From Nitrospinales bacterium (lineage in GTDB: Bacteria > Nitrospinota > Nitrospinia > Nitrospinales > VA-1), in assembly GCA_965223795.1 (NCBI GenBank), contig CBDCXL010000001.1, forward strand, positions 160,001 through 224,000: 64,000 nt of DNA, read 5' to 3'. The translations under genes were made by a program, and so were the position numbers. The notes beneath the pieces were generated by a model, which was not told where the DNA came from, did no database searches, and saw only the letters and a program-made list of their open reading frames with translations. Shown piece by piece: positions 1 to 8,205 of the stretch (position 1 is its first letter; the number at the start of each line of letters is the position of its first letter).

Positions 1-1
1 G

Positions 2-706
2 GTGGGCATCAACCATCTGGAAGGGCACCTGCTGGCGATCTTTCTCGAAGAGGATGTGGCGTTTCCCTATCTGGCGCTGGGCGTTTCCGGCGGCCACACG
101 GACCTGTACGTGGTCGAAGGCTTCGGCAGATACACGCAGCTCGGGCGCACGCGCGACGACGCGGCGGGCGAATCGTTCGACAAGGTCGCGCGGATGCTGG
201 AGCTTGGCTATCCCGGGGGGCCGGTGATCGAAAAGCTGGCCCGCTCGGGCAATGCTGCCGCGTGCGGATTTCCGCGGGCCTGGCTGGAGAAAGGTTCCTT
301 CGATTTCAGCTTCAGCGGCCTGAAGACCGCCGTGCGCACGCAGATCGAAAAGCGCAAGCAGTCCCGGGACCGCACGCTTTCCGACGCCGACATCGCCGCC
401 AGCTTCCAGGCGGCGGTGGTCGAGGTGCTGGTGAAAAAGTGCATCGCCGCCTGCGAGACGAAAGACCTGAGCCGCATCGTCGTCACCGGCGGCGTCGCCG
501 CCAACGGGGCCCTGCGCGCCGCCGTGAAAGCCGAGGCGGATCAACGCGGCTATCGGGTTTTCATCCCAAGCCCGAAAAACTGCACCGACAACGCGGCCAT
601 GATCGCCTGCGCCGCGCACCACCGCCACCAGAGCGGAAATCTCCCCGAAAGCGCTCCCTACGAACTGGACGCCCGCGCCACCCTGCCATTGGAAAACAGC
701 AACTGA
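2..706 (+). CDS. tsaD: tRNA threonylcarbamoyladenosine biosynthesis protein TsaD (5' end truncated by window edge)
   Basis: Motifs INHLEGH, VSGGHT, DDAAGESFDK, FSFSGLKTA, GGVAAN and TDNAAMIA of the TsaD/Kae1 family. Confidence 0.95.
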   Translation: MGINHLEGHLLAIFLEEDVAFPYLALGVSGGHTDLYVVEGFGRYTQLGRTRDDAAGESFDKVARMLELGYPGGPVIEKLARSGNAAACGFPRAWLEKGSFDFSFSGLKTAVRTQIEKRKQSRDRTLSDADIAASFQAAVVEVLVKKCIAACETKDLSRIVVTGGVAANGALRAAVKAEADQRGYRVFIPSPKNCTDNAAMIACAAHHRHQSGNLPESAPYELDARATLPLENSN

Positions 707-717
707 AAGACAGGCAA

Positions 718-1045
718 AAATGCGGGTCTCGCGCCAAGGCGCAAAGACGCAAAGAAAAGAAAATTGGACAGGATTGACAGGATAAAATCCTGGGATAAAA
801 GCGGAAACCTGTTTGAACCGCAAAGACGCAGAGGGCGCAAAGAAAATCCTGAAAACGTGAATTATTAAATCCCTCTCCCCTGGAGGGAGGCCAAGCGTAG
901 CTTTGCACCCGCATCACCAAATAATCGGAAGGTGGCTTGAGGGCTGGGGTGAGGGGGAACTAATTAATTGTTTTTATCCTGTCTGATACTTCGCGGCTTT
1001 GCGCGAAACCCGCTTTTCGCTTTTATCCTGTTATCCTGTCTCATT
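718..1045. repeat. Composite nested imperfect palindromic intergenic repeat
   Basis: CGCAAAGACGCAAAG and GACAGGATTGACAGGATAAAA modules on the left are mirrored by TTATCCTGTTATCCTGTC and CTTTGCGCGAAACCCGC on the right; central CCCTCTCCCCTGGAGGGAG...AGGGCTGGGGTGAGGGG unit; modules recur near 3520-3800, 42956 and 58344. Confidence 0.75.
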
Positions 1046-1056
1046 TCTTTGTCTTT

Positions 1057-2337
1057 TCAAGGATTCAGTCCGCGCAGTTTCATGGCTTCGGCGACGCGCT
1101 GGATGCCGAGCATGAGCGCGGCCGTGCGCATGCCCGCCTTTTCCCGCTGATTGAGGGCGTAGGTTTCGTCGAACGCGTGCTTCATGATTTTGTTCATGCG
1201 TTTGAAAATCTCGTACTCGTCCCAGAAAAATCCCTGCAGTCCCTGCACCCACTCGAAATAGGACACCACGACGCCGCCGGCGTTGCACAGGATGTCGGGC
1301 AGCACGAAGATGCCTTTGTCCTCGAGGATCTTGTCCGCCTCCAGCGTGGTGGGTCCGTTGGCGCCTTCCGCGTAAATCTTGCAGTTCACCTTGGAGGCGT
1401 TCTTTTCGGTCACCTGGTTTTCCAGCGCGGCGAGGACCAGAATGTCGCACTTCAACGACAGCAGGCGCGCGTTGGTGATCTTTTCGGTATCGGAAAAGGC
1501 GCTGAGGTCGCGGTTGTTCATCTGGTGCTGGTTTAAGGGTTCGACGGGGATGCCGTTCTTGTTGTGAACGCCGCCCATGGAATTGCTTACGGCGATGACC
1601 TTGGCGCCCATGCTCTGTAAGAACCGCGCCGCGAAATAGCCGACGTTGCCGAAACCCTGCACCGCGACGGTGGCGTTTTCCAGCGGCAGGTTGATGGTCT
1701 GGGCCGCGTAGGCGATGGTCTGGGCGACGCCGCGCCCGGTGGCTTCGAGCCTTCCCTGGGAGCCGCCGAGATTCTGCGGCTTGCCGGTCACCACGCCCAG
1801 GTTGTTGTATCCCTTCTGCATGCTGAACGTGTCCATGAGCCAGGCCATCACCTGGGGGTCGGTGCCCATGTCGGGCGCGGGGATGTCCTTTTCCGGCCCG
1901 ATGATGGGAAAGATGCCTGCGGTGTAGCGGCGCGTCAGGTTTTCCAGTTCCTGAGCGGACATTTCCTTGGGGTTGCAGCGCACGCCGCCCTTGGCGCCGC
2001 CCAGCGGGATGTTCATCAGCCCGCCTTTCCAGGTCATCCAGGTGGCCAGGGCGGTGACTTCGCCCATATTGACACTGGGGTGGTAGCGGATGCCGCCCTT
2101 GCCGGGGCCGAGCACGGTGCTGTGCTGCACCCGGTATCCGTAGAACGTACGGATCGAGCCGTCGTCCATGCGCACGGGGAGGCTGACCATGAGCGAACGT
2201 TCGGGGTTGATCATCCAGCGGGTCAGATCGTCATCCAGTTTCAGCTTCTGCACCGCCTGTTCGAACTGCTGTTTCGCCAGGTCGAACACGGGGGAATGGA
2301 ATTCGGGGTTGCTTCTCTGTTCGGATAGCGGTGCCAT
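1057..2337 (-). CDS. gdhA: Glutamate dehydrogenase (Glu/Leu/Phe/Val family)
   Basis: GPGKGGIRY, GGAKGG, DIPAPD, VQGFGNVG, EGANGP, NAGGVVVS; likely start MAPLSEQ at 2337 (the longer ORF extension is antisense to the next gene). Confidence 0.93.
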   Translation of the reverse strand: MAPLSEQRSNPEFHSPVFDLAKQQFEQAVQKLKLDDDLTRWMINPERSLMVSLPVRMDDGSIRTFYGYRVQHSTVLGPGKGGIRYHPSVNMGEVTALATWMTWKGGLMNIPLGGAKGGVRCNPKEMSAQELENLTRRYTAGIFPIIGPEKDIPAPDMGTDPQVMAWLMDTFSMQKGYNNLGVVTGKPQNLGGSQGRLEATGRGVAQTIAYAAQTINLPLENATVAVQGFGNVGYFAARFLQSMGAKVIAVSNSMGGVHNKNGIPVEPLNQHQMNNRDLSAFSDTEKITNARLLSLKCDILVLAALENQVTEKNASKVNCKIYAEGANGPTTLEADKILEDKGIFVLPDILCNAGGVVVSYFEWVQGLQGFFWDEYEIFKRMNKIMKHAFDETYALNQREKAGMRTAALMLGIQRVAEAMKLRGLNP

Positions 2338-2454
2338 CGGGATCTCCGGGAAAATGGAATCGGCTTGAGAATGGCTGCCGAAGTTGTTAATTTGTGGGGG
2401 GTTTCCGACCATATTTAATGGCAACTGGCGCAAAAAATCAATCACGATTCCGTC

Positions 2455-3459
2455 ATGCGCGTATTGATCACAGGAGGCGGCGGGTTTCTGGGAAGCCACA
2501 TCGCCGAACGGCTGCACCAGCGGGGCGACCGGGTCGCGGTTCTGGGGCGGCGGACGTTCGCGTACTCGCACCTGGCTCCGGACATCGAACGGATCCAGGG
2601 CGACATTCAGGACCGCGAGCTTCTGCTCGAGGCGGCGGAGAATGTGGACGCGGTGTTTCACACGGCGGCCAAGGCCGGGATCTGGGGCGAGTACGAAGAC
2701 TATTACCGCATCAACGTGGAGGGCACGCGCCACGTGGTCGAAGCGTGCCGGGAGAACGGCGTCAAAAAGCTGATCTACACGAGCACGCCCAGCGTCGTGT
2801 TTGGCGAGGACGATCTGGAAAATGTGAACGAAAGCGCGCCTTACCCCAAGGATCACCTTTGCCATTACGCCTGCACCAAGGCGATGGCGGAACAGATGGT
2901 GAAGGAAGCGAACGGAGTGCGCGGTCTGGCCACGGTTTCGCTGCGGCCGCATCTGATCTGGGGCATCGGCGACCCGCACCTGGTGCCGCGCATCCTCGAC
3001 AAGTCGCAGCGGGGACGGCTGGTGCGCGTGGGTGAGGGCAAGAACCGGGTCGACATGGTGCATGTGGAAAACGCAGCGCACGCGCATGTGCTCGCCTGCG
3101 ATGCGCTGGAAGCGGGCGGAACGCTGGCGGGAAAATGCTATTTCATCAGCGACGGCACGCCGGTCAACCTGTGGGAATGGGTGGAGCGCCTGCTTTTGAT
3201 GATGGACCGCGCGCCTGTCGAGCGTTCGATCTCGCTGCCGTGGGCGCGCAGGATCGGCGCTTTGATGGAATTCTTCTATGGCGCGCTCAGAATCGAAACG
3301 GAACCGCCGATGACCCGTTTTGTCGCTTTGCAGCTGGCCACGTCGCACTACTTCAATATTTCCAGCGCACGCAACGATTTCGGCTACGAGCCGGTGATGA
3401 GCCCGGATGAAGGGCTGGACCGCCTGGTCGAACACCTCAAGGAACAGCCGTATCGTTGA
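2455..3459 (+). CDS. NAD-dependent epimerase/dehydratase of 3-beta-HSD/OleD-like extended SDR type
   Basis: TGGGGFLG, HTAAKAG, TSTPSVV, YxxxK (YACTK), LRPHLIWG. Confidence 0.85.
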   Translation: MRVLITGGGGFLGSHIAERLHQRGDRVAVLGRRTFAYSHLAPDIERIQGDIQDRELLLEAAENVDAVFHTAAKAGIWGEYEDYYRINVEGTRHVVEACRENGVKKLIYTSTPSVVFGEDDLENVNESAPYPKDHLCHYACTKAMAEQMVKEANGVRGLATVSLRPHLIWGIGDPHLVPRILDKSQRGRLVRVGEGKNRVDMVHVENAAHAHVLACDALEAGGTLAGKCYFISDGTPVNLWEWVERLLLMMDRAPVERSISLPWARRIGALMEFFYGALRIETEPPMTRFVALQLATSHYFNISSARNDFGYEPVMSPDEGLDRLVEHLKEQPYR

Positions 3460-3519
3460 TGCTATATATCCTTCCGAGTGTTTTAGGGAATTGCTCTCAT
3501 AAAAATTGAGGAATATTTT

Positions 3520-3800
3520 TTATTCCCCCTCACCTCAGTCCTCAAGCCACCTTCACTTTTTTGGGTAAGCGGATGGCAGAACAAGTTCTGCATTCAAGCC
3601 ACCATTCGGGTAATTCATAATGCGGGTGTCGAGCTTGTCTCGATGCCTTATTAAAAGGATTATAGGGAAGGTCGCCGAGCTATGCTTGGCCTCCCTCCAG
3701 GGGAGAGGAATTTTTTTATTTTACTTTGCGTCTTCGCGTCCTGGCGCGAGACGGGTTTTTCCCGTGTTTATCCTGTCCATCCTGTCCAATTTTATTCCTG
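3520..3800. repeat. Second copy of the composite intergenic repeat, inverted relative to 718-1045
   Basis: Reverse complement contains CCTCTCCCCTGGAGGGAGGCCAAGC...GAAGGTGGCTTGAGGACTGAGGTGAGGGGG and AAAATTGGACAGGATGGACAGGATAAA...GTCTCGCGCCAGGACGCGAAGACGCAAAG. Confidence 0.75.
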
Positions 3801-4562
3801 TCATTCCTGCACGCTCTGCCGGTTGATCTTGTGCGCGAGGCAGCCCGCGCCGAAGCCGTTGTCGATGTTGACGACGGCGACGCCGGAGGCGCAGCTGTTG
3901 AGCATGGTGAGCAGGGCGGACAGGCCCTGAAACGAAGCGCCGTAGCCGACGCTGGTGGGGACGGCGATCACCGGGCAGTCCACCAGGCCGCCCACCACGC
4001 TGGGCAGCGCGCCGTCCATGCCGGCGACGGCGACGATGGCGCGCGCTTCCCGTAGCAATTCGAGGGCGTTCAGCAGCCGGTGGATGCCCGCCACGCCCAC
4101 ATCGAACAGCGTGTCGACGCGGCTGCCCAGAAGGTCTGCGGTGACGGCGGCTTCTTCGGCGACGGGAATGTCCGAAGTGCCCGCGGTCAGCACCAGCACC
4201 CTGCCGGTGCCTTTTTGTTTTTTGCCTCTGCGGATCACCAGCGTTCTGGCGGCGGCGTTGTATACGGCGTTTTTCGGCAGTTTGGGCTTGAGCTTTTTGT
4301 AGGCCTCCGCGTCCAGCCGGGTTGCGAGGATGTCGCTTCCGGCCTGCTTCATTTTCCGGATGATGGCCGAAAGCTGTCCGGCGCTCTTGCCTTCGCAGTA
4401 GATCACTTCCGGCAGGCCGCTGCGCAGATGCCGGTGATGGTCGATGCGGGCGAATTCCAGGTCTTCGAAAGGCAGGTGCCTGAGTTTTTCGAGGCCTTCT
4501 TGCGGGGTGAGTTTGCGCTGGTGCAGCAGGGTGAGGATCTGTTTCAAATCATCCGGCTTCAT
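3801..4562 (-). CDS. larB: Nickel pincer cofactor biosynthesis carboxylase/hydrolase LarB
   Basis: ARIDHHR, PEVIYCEGK, AGTSDIPVAEEA, DVGVAGIHRL, PTSVGYG, VVNIDNGFGA. Confidence 0.93.
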   Translation of the reverse strand: MKPDDLKQILTLLHQRKLTPQEGLEKLRHLPFEDLEFARIDHHRHLRSGLPEVIYCEGKSAGQLSAIIRKMKQAGSDILATRLDAEAYKKLKPKLPKNAVYNAAARTLVIRRGKKQKGTGRVLVLTAGTSDIPVAEEAAVTADLLGSRVDTLFDVGVAGIHRLLNALELLREARAIVAVAGMDGALPSVVGGLVDCPVIAVPTSVGYGASFQGLSALLTMLNSCASGVAVVNIDNGFGAGCLAHKINRQSVQE

Positions 4563-5581
4563 TGCAGCCCTTTGACGCCGGAAAACTCCTCGTAGATCTC
4601 CACCTTCATCAGGTCTTCCAGGGCTTTTTGCGGCGGCTTTTCCTCGTACAAGACGCGGTAGGTCTCTTCGATGACGGAAGCCTGAATGTTCAGCCTGTTC
4701 TTGAGCGTGTGCGCGGATTTGACGGTGCGGATGCCTTCGGCGACCATCTTCATGTTGCGGGTGATGTCGCTGAGCTTCATCCCCTGACCCAGCTTGATTC
4801 CCACGTTGCGGTTGCGGCTGAGGTCGCCGGTGCAGGTCAGGACCAGGTCGCCCATGCCCGAAAGCCCGGAGAAGGTTTCCGGCCGCGCGCCCTGGGCGGT
4901 GCCGATGCGGGTGATCTCCACCAGGCCGCGGGTGATGAGGGCGGCGCGCGGGTTGTAGCCCAGGCCCATGCCGTCGGAAATTCCGGTGGCGATGGCGATG
5001 ACGTTTTTAAGGGCGCCGCCGATCTCCACGCCCATCGGATCGGTGCTGGTGAACACTTTCATTTTCGGCGTGGAAAAAAGCCGCTGCACCCGTTCGGCGG
5101 TTTCCGGATCGCCGGAGGCGGCGACCATCGCGGAGGGCGAGCTGGCGGCCACTTCCTGGGCGAACGTCGGTCCGGATATCACGGCGGAGGCGTGCGGAAC
5201 GTCCAGGACCTGATCGAGGATCTGATACACGTTGCACAGGGTTTCGTTTTCGATGCCCTTGCTGGCGTTGATGATGAGCGAGCCGGGCTGGACATGCGGC
5301 TTCATCTTTTCCAGGATCTCCCGCGCCACGTGCGTGGGCACCACGAAAACCAGCGTGGATGAAGAACGCGCGGTTTCTTCCAGCGAGTTCGTGGGATGGA
5401 TGTTTGGCGGAAGGGTGTGGCCGGGCAGAAAAAGGATGTTTTCCCGTTGGCTGCGCAGCGTTTCGCACAGGTCGTTTTCGTAGACCCAGAGAGAGACCGG
5501 ATGCTCTTTCCCCGCCAGCAGAAGCGCGAGGGCGGTGCCCCAGCTTCCGGCTCCGATGACGCCGATGGTTTCAGAAGACAT
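4559..5581 (-). CDS. gpsA: NAD(P)H-dependent glycerol-3-phosphate dehydrogenase
   Basis: GAGSWGTALA, SKGIE, SGPTFA, LKNVIAIA, GDLVLTC, SRN; start set at MSSETIG. Confidence 0.95.
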   Translation of the reverse strand: MSSETIGVIGAGSWGTALALLLAGKEHPVSLWVYENDLCETLRSQRENILFLPGHTLPPNIHPTNSLEETARSSSTLVFVVPTHVAREILEKMKPHVQPGSLIINASKGIENETLCNVYQILDQVLDVPHASAVISGPTFAQEVAASSPSAMVAASGDPETAERVQRLFSTPKMKVFTSTDPMGVEIGGALKNVIAIATGISDGMGLGYNPRAALITRGLVEITRIGTAQGARPETFSGLSGMGDLVLTCTGDLSRNRNVGIKLGQGMKLSDITRNMKMVAEGIRTVKSAHTLKNRLNIQASVIEETYRVLYEEKPPQKALEDLMKVEIYEEFSGVKGLQ

Positions 5582-5809
5582 GGTTCGATGCTGGAAGAGG
5601 TTGGAAATATGAGCCGATGACACGGCATTATAGCTGATTCACTCCAACTTACCATAATTCAATTTGGCACAAAATTGCGCCCGAAAAATACCTTGTACGG
5701 TCTTATCCTTTGTGCTTAAATTGGAGGCAACCTTTTGACATACAATCTTTTGCCGTTTTTCACCGCATGGCGGCGCTTCGGTCCGTCCCAACCTCAAATT
5801 CAAGCAAAC

Positions 5810-6499
5810 ATGGCCAAACGCGAAAAAATCACCCGTAAGGAATTGCTCAAGGAACCCGACCAGTTTTTATCCACCAGCGAACGGGTTGCGGCCTTTTTTG
5901 CGGATCACGGCCCGATGGTTCTGAGCGTGCTCATCGGCATGGTGGTGATCGCCGCCGGGGTCGCCGGATTCAACTACAACCGCAAGGTGACGCACCTGGA
6001 GAACGAGAAGCTGTATTACGAAATGCAGACCATCCAGGACAAGGGCAAGGACAAAAAATCGGAGGAGGTGCTGGCGCAGCTCAAGTCCATGCGCGAGCAG
6101 TTCAGCTCCGGACCGCAGAAACTGCGGGCCGACCTTTTGCTTGCCGGAAGCCAGTATCAGAACGGCAACCACGATGAAGCGCTGGCGCTGTATTCCGGGG
6201 TCGTAGAGAATGCGCCGCCGGACCACCTTTCGCATCAGTTGGCGCGGGTGGGAATGGCGACGGTGCACGAGGCAAAAAAGGAGTATGATAAAGCGATGGC
6301 GATTTACAAGTCCATCATCGAAAACCCCAACGGCTATCCCCTGTTTCCGGTCTACCAGGGACTCGCGCGTTGTTACGAGTTGAGCCAGGATACGGAAAAC
6401 GCCCTCAAGATCCTCAGGGAAGCCAAAGCCAAGTTTCACGATCACCCGATGTCAAACCGCATCGACCGCAAGATAAAAACACTTTCCGGATCGGCCTGA
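5810..6499 (+). CDS. Membrane-anchored TPR protein (YfgM-like)
   Basis: N-terminal RKELLKEPDQF, one TM helix, then TPR-like helical repeats. Confidence 0.75.
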   Translation: MAKREKITRKELLKEPDQFLSTSERVAAFFADHGPMVLSVLIGMVVIAAGVAGFNYNRKVTHLENEKLYYEMQTIQDKGKDKKSEEVLAQLKSMREQFSSGPQKLRADLLLAGSQYQNGNHDEALALYSGVVENAPPDHLSHQLARVGMATVHEAKKEYDKAMAIYKSIIENPNGYPLFPVYQGLARCYELSQDTENALKILREAKAKFHDHPMSNRIDRKIKTLSGSA

Positions 6500-6513
6500 T
6501 CCCTTTTTTCATC

Positions 6514-7596
6514 ATGAACAGGATGTTTCCGCAAAAACGGCCGCATCGAACGTTCCCCGGCGCCTGGATTTTGTCCATCGCCTGCCTGCTGCTTTATTTC
6601 GCAACCCCCGCCGCTTCCGTTCCTTTTATCAGCAAAGAGACGGAGCTTTCTCTCGGCAAGGGGGCGGACAAGCAGGTGGTGCAGCAGTACGGCATCTACC
6701 AGGACAAATCCCTGCAGCTCTACGTCAACCGCATTGGCCAGAAGCTGGTGTCCAACCTGACGGACCGGGAGTTCCGCCGGTTTTTCTTCAAGCTGGTGGA
6801 CAGCTCGGAGATCAACGCGTTCGCGCTGCCCGGCGGCTATGTCTACGTGACGCGCGGCCTTTTGGCGGCGCTCAACAGCGAGGCGGAGCTTGCGGGCGTG
6901 CTGGGGCACGAGATCGCGCACGTCACCAAGCACCACGGCGCCAAGATGCTGGTGCGCAGCATCGGCGCACAGATCCTGAGCATCGGCGGCGCCATCGCCA
7001 GCCCCAAGAACGCGGGCAAATGGATCGTGGTGAGCTCCGCCATGTTTCAGCAGATCAACCTGGGCTACGGCCGGGAAGCGGAGATCGAATCGGACGGGCA
7101 GGGCATGCTGAACGCCACGGAAGCGGGTTACGACCCGAACGGGATGGTTTTATTTCTCAGGAACCTGAGAAGGCATGAGATCATGACCGGACAGTCGTAC
7201 CACAGTTTTCAGGCGACGCACCCGGACACCAAAGACCGCATCATCAAGGCCGGCGTCATCTCGGAAAACCTCAGGCGCAAAAACAAAGACCTGGTGCTGA
7301 ACCGGGAAGTCTACCTCACGCAGCTCAAGGGCCTCACCTACGGCGGCAAACGGCACACCAAGGACGATCAGCGCTACGAGGATCAGTACATCGACATTTA
7401 TGAAGTGCAGCCCGGCGACACCTTTCAAAGCATCGCTGAGAAAGAACTGAATGACAAGCGCAAGGATCTGGATATTTCCGTTCTCAACGGAAGAAAAGAA
7501 AACAGCCAGCCGGCTCCCGGCGAGTTGATCAAACTCGTCAAAAATGGGAAATACAAAAAAAATAGAACTTTGAATCTGGCTCCCGATTCCCCTTGA
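6514..7596 (+). CDS. M48 family zinc metallopeptidase with C-terminal LysM-like domain
   Basis: NAFALPGG, HEIAH zinc motif, E-x-E-S-D, THP; C-terminal YEVQPGDTFQSIA. Confidence 0.88.
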   Translation: MNRMFPQKRPHRTFPGAWILSIACLLLYFATPAASVPFISKETELSLGKGADKQVVQQYGIYQDKSLQLYVNRIGQKLVSNLTDREFRRFFFKLVDSSEINAFALPGGYVYVTRGLLAALNSEAELAGVLGHEIAHVTKHHGAKMLVRSIGAQILSIGGAIASPKNAGKWIVVSSAMFQQINLGYGREAEIESDGQGMLNATEAGYDPNGMVLFLRNLRRHEIMTGQSYHSFQATHPDTKDRIIKAGVISENLRRKNKDLVLNREVYLTQLKGLTYGGKRHTKDDQRYEDQYIDIYEVQPGDTFQSIAEKELNDKRKDLDISVLNGRKENSQPAPGELIKLVKNGKYKKNRTLNLAPDSP

Positions 7597-7602
7597 AATC
7601 CG

Positions 7603-7779
7603 GTGGAAAAAGTTATTACATTAGAAAAATCCTGCATCGTGTATTTGAAGCAGGGGGGCGAAGTCTGCAATCGCCTGAAGAGCGGAACCCGGGTGACGCC
7701 GGTGCAGCGCAGTAAAGGCTGGATGAAGATCACCTGGCGCAACGGAAAAAAGAAAGGCTGGATTCAGACCCCGTCCTGA
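7603..7779 (+). CDS. Small SH3b-like protein (58 aa, not in ORF track)
   Basis: Hand translation from GTG: MEKVITLEKSCIVYLKQGGEVCNRLKSGTRVTPVQRSKGWMKITWRNGKKKGWIQTPS; GWxKI...GxxxGWI pattern. Confidence 0.6.
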   Translation: MEKVITLEKSCIVYLKQGGEVCNRLKSGTRVTPVQRSKGWMKITWRNGKKKGWIQTPS

Positions 7780-7888
7780 AACACCGCATCCCTTGGCGGC
7801 GGTATTCAACACTGCCGTCCGGAATCCAATTTGTAAAAAGAGTCCATTCACAAATTATTGTCCAACCCTTTTTTATCGTGGTCCGGCG

Positions 7889-8080
7889 ATGAGCACTCGT
7901 AATTTGGACGACCTTGACGACGAAGAACTGTTGAGTCTGTTCGATTCGACAATGAAACTTTTACAGGATGGCATGGAAAAGGAGGATTCCTCTATCCGGA
8001 AAAAAATCCCCAGCATTCAGCAGCGGCTCACCACCATCGAGCAGGAGATGCGGTTGCGGAGCCTGTGGGACGGGGATTGA
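7889..8080 (+). CDS. Small hypothetical helical/coiled-coil protein
   Basis: 63-aa ORF MSTRNLDDLDDEELL...LRSLWDGD filling the intergenic gap. Confidence 0.6.
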   Translation: MSTRNLDDLDDEELLSLFDSTMKLLQDGMEKEDSSIRKKIPSIQQRLTTIEQEMRLRSLWDGD

Positions 8081-8120
8081 ACCTCACACACAAAAATTCG
8101 ATTCCAATCGATTTAATTTA

Positions 8121-8164
8121 AAAAGAAACGAAAACGGCCCCGTTCCGCGAGGGAAGGGGGCCGC
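8121..8164 (-). terminator. Rho-independent terminator downstream of aconitase
   Basis: Minus strand reads CGGCCCCCTTCCC-TCGC-GGAACGGGGCCG followed by TTTTCGTTTCTTTTT. Confidence 0.7.
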
Positions 8165-8205
8165 TGTGTCGTGTTGCGCTTTAAAACCGCTCAATCCCGG
8201 TTCAC

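Noticed and set aside
2338..3435. N-terminal extension that makes a 792-aa GDH fusion
   Set aside because: It is the antisense shadow of the SDR gene at 2455-3459; GDH similarity begins near 2337
5664..5680. Sigma-54-like TTGGCACAAAATTGC
   Set aside because: GG-to-GC spacing is 9, not the required 10
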